NCBI RefSeq assembly: GCF_006345805.1
Contig: NC_043012.1
Coordinates: 40,424,001 to 40,488,000, forward strand
Reading direction: 5' to 3'
Length of the DNA: 64,000 bases
DNA from: Octopus sinensis
Lineage: Eukaryota
Shown: in pieces, positions 50,966 to 62,770 of the stretch
How the letters are laid out: each line of letters starts with the position of its first letter
Numbering within the stretch: position 1 is the first letter of the stretch
Translations under genes and position numbers: made by a program
Notes under the pieces: generated by a model
Databases searched by the model: none
What the model was told of the DNA's origin: nothing
Seen by the model: the letters and a program-made list of their open reading frames with translations, nothing else

Positions 50966-51413
50966 GTATGTATGTATGTATGTATGTATGTATGTATGTA
51001 TGTATGTGTAAGTATGTATGTATGTGGCATGCATGTATGTATGTATGTATGTATGTATGTATGTATGTATGTATGTATGTATGCATGCATGTATGTATTA
51101 TGTATGTATGTATGTATCATGCATGTATGTATGTATGTATGTATGTATGCATGTATGTATGTATGTATGTATGTATGTATGTATGTATGTATGTATGTTT
51201 GCATGCATGTATGTATGTATGTATGTATGTATGTATGTATGTATGTATGCATGTATGTATGTATGTATGTATGTATGTATGTATGTATATATGTAAGTAT
51301 GTATGTATGCATGCATGTATGTATGTATGTATGTATGTATGTATGTATGTATGTATGTATATATGTAAGTATGTATGTATGTATGTGTGCATGCATGTAT
51401 GTATGTATGTATG

Positions 51414-51444
<31 letters not shown>

Positions 51445-52172
51445 GTATGTATGTATGTATGCATGCATGTATGTATGTATGTATGTATGTATGTATGTAT
51501 GTATGTATGTATGCATGTATGTATGTATGTATGTATGTATGCATGCATGTATGTATGTATGTATGTATGCATGCATGTATGTATGCATGCATGTATGTAT
51601 GTATGTATGTATGTATGTATGTATGTATGTATGCATGTATGCATGTATGTATGTATGTATGTATGTATGTATGTACATGCATGTATGTATGTATGTATGT
51701 ATGTATGCATGCATGTATGTATGTATGTATGTATGCATGCATGTATGTATGCATGTATGTATGTATGTATGTATGTATGTATGTATATATGTATGCATGC
51801 ATGTATGTAAGTATGTATGTATGTATGCATGCATGTATGCATGCATGTATGTAAGTATGTATGTATGTATGCATGCATGTATGTATGTATGTGTGTATGT
51901 ATGTATGTATGCATGCATGTATGTATGTATGTATGTATGTATGTATGTATGTATGTATGTATGCATGCATGTATGTATGTATGTATGTATGTATGTGTGT
52001 GTGTATGAATGTATGTATGTATGTATGTAAGTATGTATTTATGTATGTATATATGTATGTATGTCTGTATGTATGTATGTGTGTGTATGAATGTATGTAT
52101 GTATGTGTGTATTTATGTACGCATGTATGAATGTATGTATGTATACACACACTTATGCATGTATTATGTATA

Positions 52173-52233
<61 letters not shown>

Positions 52234-52280
52234 GTATATGTATTATGTATGTATGTATGTATGTATGTATGTATGTATGA
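50110..52280. repeat. About 2.1 kb (TATG)n array with TGCA/TAAG variant units
   Basis: Read directly from the sequence. It is the source of many spurious MYVC/IHTY ORFs. Confidence 0.97.
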
Positions 52281-52659
52281 TACAGAAAAATGGTGCTTTG
52301 TAGACACGGTGCTTTATTGTGGTCGTTAACTAAATGAAAGACTGACGAAAGACTAAAGCTTGATTTCTTGAAAATAGATCAGTTTCTGGTGCCAAATTTC
52401 TCTCAGAAACCATTTTTCTAACTGGAAGTCATGGAAATCGCATGTGCCGTACGATGAGATCGAACTCTGGAATCACGTGATTGTGAAGCAAATTTCTCAA
52501 TCACGCAGCCACGCCTACACTGGTATAGTATCGATTTTGTTGTCTCTGACTTTTGCAGCCCCACCACCACCGGCATCATCAGTCTACTAGAAAAATAAAG
52601 CACCGACAATGGTAAAGTCAAACTTCCTTCCTTTACCAAATTAATCTTCAGCAGAATAA

Positions 52660-52727
52660 ACCACCCGCCGCCGCCGCCGCCCATCCTTTCCGTCTCAACC
52701 GCCGCCGCCGCCGCCCTTCTATAAATA
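52660..52727 (+). promoter_or_regulatory. (CCG)n GC boxes followed by TATAAATA
   Basis: Two (CCG)n runs, then CTATAAATA with TATAAATA at 52720-52727. Confidence 0.25.
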
Positions 52728-52815
52728 CCATTATTCTGTAGAGTTTTGAAACATTCTTGTAGAGAATACAGTTCCAGAGTTGTTCATTTGGTAAATCACT
52801 ACAGTTCGACCGTAG

Positions 52816-52900
<85 letters not shown>

Positions 52901-53343
52901 CACATACACACAAACCCAAACACACACGCACACATATATCCCCTCGTCACACGCACACACATATATATGTATGTACATGTATATATATATATTTATTTAT
53001 TCTCGAAAATCTTCGTCTGTCTGTCTGTCTCTCTCTCTCTCAGTTTCTCTCCCTCTTTCTCTTTCTCTTCCTCTCTCTTCCCCTCTCTCTACATATATCC
53101 CTCTAAATATATATGTATATATATATATATATATATATTCTTGTAAAAAGTTCTCTCTCTCTCCCTCCCCCTCTCTTTATCACTCTCTCTCTCTTTATCT
53201 ATCTATCTATCCTATCTATCAAAGTTACCCTGATCCGTTGGTTTCTCTGTCTCTCTCTCTCTGTCTGTCTCTCTCTCTCTTTCGCTCCTCTCTCCTTCCC
53301 TCCTTTCCTTTCTCTGCAACCCTTCACCGTTTCCAATCAGACC

Positions 53344-53363
53344 CTCCGCCAATAATGACGTCA
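53344..53363. promoter_or_regulatory. GC box, CCAAT and a perfect CRE (TGACGTCA) cluster
   Basis: CTCCGCC-AATAA-TGACGTCA, with CCAAT at 53349-53353 and the CRE at 53356-53363. Confidence 0.3.
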
Positions 53364-53830
53364 CAATCCACAGATATTGAGACGGGGGGAGGGGGTTGGG
53401 AGACGGAGAAAGCGAGTTGTTGAATGAAGAATGGCGTGGATGCTGCGGGGAGTGGGAGGAGGAGAACGTGGTGATTACCGGAGGTTGCGGAGGGGGGGGA
53501 GGGAGGGAGGTGGAATTTTTTGTCAATGAATCTTCACCTCTTCCCATTCCCTCCACCCCCACCATCGCCATTAACTGACGATAACATCAACAACAACAAC
53601 AACAACAACAGCAATCATAACAACGGCAATGCTTTTTTCCAACGCCGAAGCATGAATCATACCAAATTGATTGATATATACAAATGTGTAAATATAAGGG
53701 GGTGTGTGCGTGTGAGTGTGAGTGTGGGTGTGTGTGTGGGTGTGTGTGTGGGTGTGTGTGTGGGTGTGTGTGTGGGTGTGTGTGTGGGTGTGTGTGTGGG
53801 TGTGTGTGTGGGTGTGTGTGTGGGTGTGGG

Positions 53831-53930
53831 NNNNNNNNNNNNNNNNNNNNNNNNNNNNNNNNNNNNNNNNNNNNNNNNNNNNNNNNNNNNNNNNNNNNNN
53901 NNNNNNNNNNNNNNNNNNNNNNNNNNNNNN
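53831..53930. other. Assembly gap (100 N)
   Basis: Run of N after a (GGTGTGTGTG)n tract. Confidence 1.
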
Positions 53931-54061
53931 CAAGAGGGAGGAGGGAGGGAGAGAAGGTAACAGAGTAACAGGATAGAATACTGGGAGAAGAGAAGGTAAA
54001 AGAATAAGAGGGGGAGCAACTGTTTTACTCAGGGTAGGCAGTTGGTGACGTTTATTGATAA

Positions 54062-54232
54062 CTAGCAGTATAACCCGGCTTTTCCCGGGATTACGTTAGG
54101 ATTATTAAGCTAATCAAGTTCTTTATTTCAAACCAAACTAAGTAACATCGACGTCAAATTTGGGCGAAATCCGTGAAATTGGTTTATATAACTATATATA
54201 TATATATATATATATATGGGCAACACACACAC

Positions 54233-54272
<40 letters not shown>

Positions 54273-54648
54273 ACACGTACGTACGAACACCTATTGCATA
54301 CATGTTTTTTGCTCGCATACATGTTCGTGTGTGTGTGTGTGTGTGTGTGTGTTGCCCGTATATCAACAAAACACTTTTTTTCTTCGATGGGAAAAACAAT
54401 AAAAAGTTTTAACAAAAACTTACTCCTCGCCAGAAGGGGACTTAACTCCTGTTTGCAAACAATGGTGATTTCTCCGACTTGAAAATTGTTGAAAGTCTGG
54501 GATGAAAATTAATTTTTACTGCTATTCGCTGGTGCCTCTGGAAAAAATAAGTTGACGAAAATACAGCTAGGATCATAACGAATGTCCTCCTAAAATTGGA
54601 GCGACATGCGTGCTAATTTGTGGACGTGCATAAATTACATTCACGTAC

Positions 54649-54700
<52 letters not shown>

Positions 54701-54725
54701 ACATCCTGCCTTTTATATATACAGA
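54062..54725 (-). mobile_element. Non-autonomous Helitron
   Basis: The minus strand starts A|TC and ends CTAG|T. A CCCGG-GAAAAG-CCGGG hairpin lies 8 nt before the CTAG. There is internal (CA)n. Confidence 0.75.
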
Positions 54726-54749
54726 TTGATAATCAACTCTTTGCTAGTT

Positions 54750-55292
54750 GCGAATATTGATAAACATCTCTTGCTATTTATAATATGATAAATTCTGCAG
54801 CTGCTAAGGAAAGAGACGGTGTTTACAAACTGCTCATTACGTCTAGATTGATTGGTCACAATATTTTAAACGCACAAAAAATAAGCGAAAGACAGGTGTG
54901 CGACTGAGTTGAAGGCAGATTTACTTCTGCCTTTGTAGCGCGTATAGAAAACGTTGTTGTAGGAGTGTACGCAGCATGTGTACTACAGCTGTATTATGCA
55001 TAGTTTTAATACTGAAATTGAAAGGCAGAGGTGAATTATGCCTACCTAATCTACAAAAAAAAAGTAATCAGAGTAACCTTCATAATTTTATTGAATTAGA
55101 TGCAGATTTTGCCAGAAAAGGAAAATGTTACTATCGATCTATTTTATTCAGGGTGGGCACTTCCTACTTTGCCTACCCAGGCGACACGTCCCTGATATTA
55201 TATGTGTGTGTGTGTGTGTGTGTACGTGTGTGGGTGTGAAGGCGTGTGACTTAGTGGTTAGGGTATTCGGTTCCCGATCATAAGGTCGTGCG

Positions 55293-55351
<59 letters not shown>

Positions 55352-55645
55352 GTGTGTGTGTGCGCGCGCGCATGTGACGTGCTTCTGTACAGTTTACAAG
55401 GTATTGGTGAACCCGGAGCAATGTGCCGCACTCGTGCAATGTGCCGCACAGTAGGACCTAGAAATCATGCGGCTGCAAAGCCAGCTTCACAATCACACAG
55501 CCACGCCAGCGAATATAGATAAGCATCTCTTGCTATTTATAATATGATAAATTTTACAGCTGCTAAGGAAAGAGACCGGATTTACAAACTACACATGACA
55601 GCTCATTAATTACGTCTAAATTGATTGGTCACAATATTTTAAACG
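54750..55645. repeat. About 120-bp direct repeat pair (54750-54872 and 55509-55645)
   Basis: CATCTCTTGCTATTTATAATATGATAAATT..GCTGCTAAGGAAAGAGAC..GATTGGTCACAATATTTTAAACG occurs twice. Confidence 0.85.
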
Positions 55646-56377
55646 GTGTATTTCTACAGCATTGGCCACACGGAAATAATTCTGGCTGCAATTCTAAGTT
55701 AACAATGTCATTATTGCAACGGTAGACATCTTGGTTAAGCAAACCGGAAGTCATTGCATAATAAGCGAATGGCTAGAAACCGGATCCGAACACCTACGTG
55801 AGTGAGTTAGCCGCATCACTAGCAAGCCAACCAACCAATGATAAATCATATCCAGCAAACAGTTATGCCATTGTTAGCGTAGTGAATATTTCTTTTTTAA
55901 ATCTGAATAGAAATACTTACGTAACGAGAAAAATAAATTTAAAAAATAATTACATAAACTGAACGACTAATGTCTTATTATTATATATAATGACTTATAT
56001 ATTATTTTGTCTTGTCCAACCTACTTTTGAGTGTTACGTTGTAAACTACCTCAACTATGGAACCAAATCGAAGACGTAAACATCTACGAAACTGTTTATG
56101 ATCCGTGCTATAGCCACAAGTTCCTTAAGTTTTAAGAAGTCAAACAAATAGGGGAGACAATTTCTGACATGTTCTTATCCTCGTTATTATTATTATTATT
56201 TTTTTACTTTTGTATATTATGTATATTTCCCTTCCTTTTCTTTGTATACCGTGAATACTTACTCATTTTTTTGTTATTTATTTATTTATTTTATCATTTT
56301 ATTATATGTAAACGTCCACACTTTGTGTTTGTCGCCCTCATTCTTCGCCCTGGTGGCAAATTAATGAAATCCTTATA

Positions 56378-56547
56378 ATTATTTGATAAAAACTCACAGC
56401 TTCTTTTGTTGAGTATGATGGAAAGTGTCAGCTGTCCACAACCAGCAGACTAAGGTGACACTTGTTTACTGGTCGTGCTTCAAGAACTCAGAGAAGAATT
56501 CTTGCAGTTCCAAGCAATGCTGATTTTTGTTGGTGTTCTACCTTTAC
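56378..56547 (-). mobile_element. R4/Dong-clade 3' stub
   Basis: KVEHQQKSALLGTARILL*VLEA and a 3' UTR with GTCACCTTAG..GACAGCTGACAC, paralleling the adjacent copy. Confidence 0.75.
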
Positions 56548-56599
56548 ATTATTATCACTATCATTATTATTATTATTATTACTATTATTATTATCACTA

Positions 56600-56643
<44 letters not shown>

Positions 56644-57083
56644 GCCTTTGCACAGCTTCTAACGCTGGAAATGTACTACGGTGTCAGCTGTTCAGTACCA
56701 GTGAACTAAGGTAACACCTCTTACTTTTCGAGCACCTTCCGGAGTATTCGAGCGGTTCCAAGAAGTGTTGTTTTCTGCAAGTGCTCCACTCTTATTGCAG
56801 CCCCTATTTGTTCCATGTACTTCTCAAGATTTTAGCTCACTGTTCCCAGGGCTCCAACAATTATTGGTACCACTACCACCTTTTCCCTCGACCACAACTG
56901 CTGAACCTCCCAAGCAAACCTGTCTCAAATCTGTCGACTTTTCTTTCTTCCTTATCGCATGCCTTGTTGTCTGCTCGGCATGCTATATCTATGATCTAGC
57001 ATAGTTTGCTTTCTTTCTCAATTAAGACTATGTCTGGCTTCCTATTCTCTATCTCATGGTCCCAGATAGATAGAGACCCTGCG
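56644..57083 (-). mobile_element. R4/Dong-clade 3' fragment (restriction-like endonuclease C-terminus), flanked by (TAA)n on both sides
   Basis: DHEIENRKPDIVLIEK..IIDIAC.AD..KEERKV..VVVVPIIVGALGTV..LQKTTLLGTARILRKVLEK* (56721-57061). Confidence 0.88.
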
Positions 57084-57119
57084 ATTATCATTATTATTAG
57101 TATCATTATTATTATTATT

Positions 57120-57450
57120 AAAGCAGCGCACTGGCAGTATCATTTGCACGTAGGACAAAATGCTTAGCAGCATTTCGTCCGTCATGACATTCTGAGTTCA
57201 AATTCCGCCGAGGTCGACTTTGCCTTCCATCCAATCGGGATCGATAAAATAAGTACCAGTCGAGTCGATGTAATCGACCCCCATCCCCACCTCGAAAACT
57301 CCTGGCTCTGTCTCTGCCGCATTTTGAAACCGTCATTCTACTTGTTTCAGTGACTGGGGACTGTGTGTGGCCACGCTGGCACTTATTCAGCGCGTTCCCC
57401 ATTTACCGAACCGCTAGGTTACGATGACGTAAACAAGCTGATATTGGTTC
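57120..57450. mobile_element. SINE family B (+, 57120-57300) and a family A 3' fragment (-, 57339-57450)
   Basis: GAGTTCAAATTCCGCCGAGGTCGACTTTGCC for family B, and CTTGTTTCAGT..ACCGAACCGCTAGGTTACG for family A. Confidence 0.75.
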
Positions 57451-57612
57451 TAAACCTACTGAACAGACACACAAATACAAGCACAAACTCACATACATAC
57501 GCACACGCACAAATACAAACACACACTTGCACACACACGAATACAAACACTCACACGCACACACACGCGCGCGCGCGCCATTTTTTATAAATGGCATGTT
57601 GTCAACTTTGCA

Positions 57613-57731
57613 GAAATTCTTGATTCTTGGAGATTATTATCCCTTCTCATATGGAACTTTTCTTAATTAACATTTGATAATTATGACACATTCATTAGAT
57701 GTAGAGATAATTCTAAGAAATCAAGAATTTC
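57613..57731. mobile_element. Small MITE-like inverted-repeat element
   Basis: GAAATTCTTGATTCTTGGAGATTAT and ATAATTCTAAGAAATCAAGAATTTC are about 25-bp imperfect inverted repeats. Confidence 0.4.
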
Positions 57732-58020
57732 TCTTGTATGGTATTTGATATACCTACCTTACCTACCTACCTACTTACCTACATAACATACATACCCCGT
57801 ATGTATGTATGTATGTATGTATATATATGTTTATATATATATATATGTATGTATATGCATTTGTATGTGTGTGTGTGTATATATGAATGTGCGTGTATGT
57901 GTATGTGTATGTGTGTATGTGTATATATGTAAAGGTGCGAAATTGCGTAGATCTTTTGGACGATAACTGCTGAGGATTTGGCGACCTCCTGAGTTTGTTT
58001 TCCATTTCCTTGTGCTTATA

Positions 58021-58703
58021 CGTGGTCTGATCAATAAGTATCCGGACTGTTGCCATTGTGACGAAGCTAAAACACCCAAATCGAAGCTGCTTACAGACTG
58101 ACCTTGAATTCTGCCGTGCATGCGCACTAAGTTTTAACTTTCTACTTCACACCCGCTGTTTACAGCAGAGCTTGGAAGGAATATGTGTAGCGTGTGATCG
58201 TCGCATTAAGCATGAATCTGCATCGAATTTTGCCAAAAGCTTTGCAATATCTGTTCAGAGGTCAACGCAAAGTTGCAGAAAGTGTATGGAGAGGAGTGTT
58301 TGAGCAGAAAACATGTCGATAGTGACGAACGTTCTGGGAGACCCGCAACCAACAGAACTGAGATAAACATTGCAGATGTGCGTGCAGCTGTGAGGGGAAA
58401 TCGTCGAATCACCGTCCGTGAGTTTTCAGAGAATGCGCAGATTAGATCCGGTTCAGTTCAGTTCATTATCGCTGGAGGTTTAGGTATGAGATGCGTGTGT
58501 GCCAAGTTTGTGCCAAAACTGCTTTCAGCTGACAGCGTACCTGCCCATTCAGCGCAGCTTGTGCAGCAGTTTTTGGCTAGGCACAGCATCCCCCAGGTCC
58601 GACAGTCACCGTATCCCCTAGATCTCGCATCTTTCGACTTTTTCCTCTTTCCAAAAATCAAATCCCGCTTGAAAGGAAGAAAATTTCAAGACGTCGAGGA
58701 AAT
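58021..58703 (+). mobile_element. Mini-mariner with internal deletions, right TIR missing
   Basis: TA|CGTGGTCTGATCAATAAGTATCCGGACT left end. The ORF reads ..SDERSGRP..NRRITVRE..AKFVPKLLS|ADSVPAHSA..PYPLDLASFDFFLFPKIKSRLKGRKFQDVEEI. Confidence 0.85.
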
Positions 58704-59220
58704 ATTACTGTATATTACTGCTTTTCTTTGTGTGTCCCTTGCAACTTCACAGGGAGGGGGCCACTTTTACCTCGTGCCTCTCCCTTCGCAGGATTTCCTT
58801 GAACTTTTTTAAGTCCGCCTTCTTAAAATAAATTTCTTCACTTTTTTCTTCAGCCGCAGCTGCAAAGTTAATTTTTTTTCCCCCTATTTTCTGGCCTGAA
58901 CTCTCCAAACTTTTCCTTAATTCTTCTTCAGACGTTGTTACGTCTGAAAAATTCAAATCTTCATGCATCATAAACACACAAGTAATGCGTTTCCTTCCCC
59001 AAAAGCAGCATAAACAAGTGTCTCAAAACACAATTAATAACAGATGTCATTCCAGTTCAACCGATCCTTCACTAACCTTTCGAACGACGCACAAACAAAA
59101 TTCACAACCAACTCGGTCAGTGATGATTGTAGCAACGGTGAAGAAAAATATCAATGTTAATTGATTGATGCATTTGGACAAATTTATGTCTGTATTATCA
59201 AACAATTGCAAAAAAAATTA

Positions 59221-59341
59221 CATTATTTACATTTGACGGATATTTGTCTTCATCTTATTTGTTGTTAACACAACGTTCCGAGTTCGATTCCAAACAGTGA
59301 CCTGAATAGTGATGATGATAATAATAATAATAATAATAATA

Positions 59342-59439
<98 letters not shown>

Positions 59440-59613
59440 AAATACCTTAGGAATGAGAACCCAAGTTTGAAATTTCCCCAAGACACCTGATGAAGACTGG
59501 AGGGTATATCAGCGAAACGTTGTGTTGACAACAAAACAAGATGAGGACAAATATCCGTTGAATGTAAATAGTGTAAATAATGTAAATAATTCCTCATCTC
59601 TTAAATATAGAAC
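59221..59613 (+). mobile_element. tRNA-B-box/(AAT)n/hammerhead element with a 5' inverted fragment
   Basis: Inverted copy 59221-59277 of 59516-59575, then CCGAGTTCGATTCC..GTGACCTGAAT, (AAT)n, the hammerhead and the tail CCTCATCTCTTAAATATAGAACT. Confidence 0.7.
59482..59526 (+). ncRNA. Minimal type-I hammerhead ribozyme motif
   Basis: GACAC-CTGATGA-A-GACTGG/AGGGTATA/TCAGC-GAAA-CG-TT-GTGTT. Stem I is 5 bp, stem II has one bulged A, and the triplet is GUU. Confidence 0.75.
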
Positions 59614-59814
59614 TAAATTGCAAAAAAATGTTTTAAAAAAATTCAAAACACTGCAAAAATCCGGTACAAATTCTTTATGGTTCAAAACGCTGTTTACATT
59701 ATCCACTCCACACTGCACGCACGCACGCACACACACACACACACCACCCACACACACACCACACACACACACACCACACACACATATATATAGATATATA
59801 TATATATATATATA

Positions 59815-59882
59815 CCAGGTGGTGCTATTAAGTTAGACATGGCCTGGGCCAATAATGGCCGAAACCTATCAAAGTATCAAAG
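59815..59882 (+). mobile_element. 68-bp (TA)n-embedded mini-element, copy 2
   Basis: CCAGGTGGTGCTATTAAGTTAGACATGGCCTGGGCCAATAATGGCCGAAACCTATCAAAGTATCAAAG, identical to copy 1. Confidence 0.8.
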
Positions 59883-59893
59883 TATATATATAT

Positions 59894-59960
<67 letters not shown>

Positions 59961-59965
59961 GTATA

Positions 59966-60108
59966 GGATTTTTTCAATTTCCGTCTACCAAATCGACAAG
60001 GCTTTGGTCTACCGGGACGGTAGTAGAAGCCTTCTAAGTAGTGGGACTGAACTGACAATCTTTTATTTGGGAAGCGCACTTCTTAGCCACACGGCCGCGC
60101 TTACGCCT
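59966..60108 (-). mobile_element. SINE family A head, degenerate
   Basis: Minus strand AGGCGTAAGCGCGGCCGTGTGGCTAAG..GTTCAGTCCCACT..GTAGACGGAAA. Confidence 0.7.
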
Positions 60109-60309
60109 CCCATGCTTCTGTTATGTTCTAAACTCTATACGTGGGAACATCTCATCGTATACAGCAGCAGGGGTGGATAACGGGTGTTAAGAGTGATTAA
60201 TTACTTAAGAAGTTACGTAGGCAACTAAAGAGAATCTAGATAGAAAAAAAAATATATAGATATACATATAAACATTATCACTGATTCCATTACGGGTGTA
60301 GCAGCAGAA

Positions 60310-60370
60310 GTGGAAGAAGGAGGAGAAGAAGAAGAAGAAGAAGAAGAAGAAGAAGAAGAAGAAGAAGAAG

Positions 60371-60401
<31 letters not shown>

Positions 60402-60700
60402 GGAAGAAGAAGAAGAAGAAGAAGAAGAAGAAGAGGAAAAGGAGGAGGAGGAGGTGGAGGAGGAGAAGAAGAAGGGGAGGAGGAGGAGGAGAAGGAGAAG
60501 AAGAAGAAGTGGAAGAAGAAGAAGAAGAAGTGGAAGAAGAAGAAGTGGAAGAAGAAGAAGAAGAAGGAGGAGGAGGAGGTGGAGAGGGGTGAAAAGAAGA
60601 AGAAGGAGGAGGCGGAGGAGAAGAAGAAGAAGAAGAAGAAGAAGGAGGAGGAGGAGGAGGAGGAGGAGAAGAAGAAGAAGAAGAAGAAGAAGAAGAAGGC
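60310..60700. repeat. (GAA)n/(GGA)n tract
   Basis: Read directly from the sequence. Confidence 0.95.
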
Positions 60701-61544
60701 AGCACTTTGTCTGCTTCGGCTGGTAAGTGGGTGGCAGGCTGGGTGAGATTTATGTGAAAGATATCTCTTAGTCCGGGAGTAAACGAACGAATGTCTGAAT
60801 GAATAAACGAACACACACGATTGATTGTGTGAGTAACGGAATGCGCACGAAGAGAGGAATTAGGGTTGAACGTATGGATAAAGATGTCGGGTGGATGTTG
60901 TAGAGCGGAAAAGGAACGGTTAGCGATTAAGATACGAATTAATGACTTGTTTCTTAATTACACATCACGTTGGTCACCAAGGTGTGTTGTTCCTGTTGGT
61001 TAGGTGGAGATATGCGGGAGAAATTTTCTTCGCATGGAGTCAGCGGTTGGCTGATTATCAAAGACATTCATCGCCACCACCACTTCCATGACGACGACGA
61101 CGACTACCACCACCACCACCACCACGACAACAACAACAACCACTGGGCTTGTTTATTTGTTTCATTTTTGATCTGGCAGAGTCGATAAAAGCGTTTGGCA
61201 GAGTGTCTGTCTGGCGACGTTTGTTTCTGAGTTCAATCGATGTCAAAGTTACTTTCCATTCTTTTGGAGATGGCATTTAATAAAACAAACACCAATCGAG
61301 GGCAGTGGATTGGTAAAAGTGCAAGAGGGTCGGACGAGATGCCTTGTGGTATTTGTTCTGCTTATTCGTGTTCCGAAGGGAATGTCTGAGACGGATGGTG
61401 CCAAGATGAATTGGCCCAAGTTGGCAAGTTTTCTCCAGGACAATCATTGGCGTCTTGGACAGAGGACGCTTGCACGTATGGGAAACTGGCAGGTCTATGC
61501 AGATGCAGGGTGCAAGAACCGTCGACCGACAGAAGCCATACATC

Positions 61545-62459
61545 TTGGGTCATCCCATAAATAATGCGGTTTTCTATACTTATTTTACTTTTCAAAATTA
61601 AGACAACGTTCTCTTTTAATCTAAAATTTCTCTCCTTCATTTTCTACAATGCTCTTCCATCTATCCGGTAGACTTGCAAGGCCCCTCTTCCAAAATTCAC
61701 TTGTCCATGACGAAAAATACTTTTCCAGCACTGTTCTGACCTCCTCTATAGAATTCATATTTTTCCGTCCAAATGATTTTAAAGACTGTGGAATAAATGA
61801 TAATCAGATGGGGCAATGTCCGGTGAATCTGGTGGTTGGGGTATCGTTTCCCATTCAAACTGCTCCAGCCTTTGGAATGTCATCTTTGCTGTATGTGGCC
61901 GACCATTATCCTGATGGAAGAACACCTTTCGTTTTGAAACCAAAGATCGTCATTTTTCTTCTAGTACTGGAGTCAATGAATGATTGAACGACCAAATCCA
62001 AGCTTCCCTGTTAGTTCCTCAACAGTTACAATGGCATTTTGTTCCACCAGGGTTTGCAGGACGTCCTCGTCAACCTCTACGGATCTTCCAGGATCAGGAT
62101 CGTCTTGTAGGTTGCAGTCTTGGGCTTGGAATTCTGGAACCACCATTGACATTGACTTACGCTTATTGTCCAATCCTCATATACTGCATTAATATTCCTC
62201 GCACTTTCCGTTGAGTTGTTTGCCTTTATTAAACTCATCAAGCAAAATACGCCGAAAATGGTCGCTTGTCACTTCCATTTTAGCTTTGAAAAAATAACTT
62301 AAAATCGAGTTGCACTCAGCAAAACTTGCACTAAGAATAAGGACAAGGTAAAATTATTAACTGCTTTTATAGCAAGTTGATGCAGGCAGTTTATCCGGTC
62401 CCCCTCCGACTTTTAGTTCATGCAACTGAAAAACCCGCATTATTTATGGGTTGACCCAA
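61545..62459 (-). mobile_element. Internally deleted mariner with both TIRs (915 bp)
   Basis: TIRs TTGGGTCATCCCATAAATAATGCGG / CCGCATTATTTATGGGTTGACCCAA|TA. Peptides DPGRSVEVDEDVLQTLVEQN, FHQDNGRPH and PDSPDIAPSDYHLF. Confidence 0.9.
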
Positions 62460-62667
62460 TACTTGGCGTGGCTGTGTAACAAAGTTTGCTTCCCAACCAC
62501 ACGTTGGGCAAATGTCTTCTACTATAGCCTCAGAATAACTAAGGCCTCGTGAGCAGATCTGGGACACAAAAATTGAAAGTAGTCCGTCGTGTATCTAATA
62601 TAATAATAATAAATTTTATATATATATTAATATTATAATATATCTATATATATATATTATATATATA

Positions 62668-62734
<67 letters not shown>

Positions 62735-62770
62735 TATATATATATAATATTATATATATATATATATTAC

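Noticed and set aside
59815-59882. 68-bp element as a functional hammerhead
   Set aside because: It has a stem II and GAAAC but lacks CUGANGA and has no pairing stem I or III.
60310-60728. Poly-Glu/Arg ORF ending at a GTAAGT donor
   Set aside because: It is almost entirely (GAA/GGA)n, with no acceptor or partner exon evident.
61310-61564. 84-aa ORF ..MNWPKLASFLQDNHWRLG..
   Set aside because: It starts in a degenerate SINE B head and ends in a mariner TIR. The middle is not recognisable to me.
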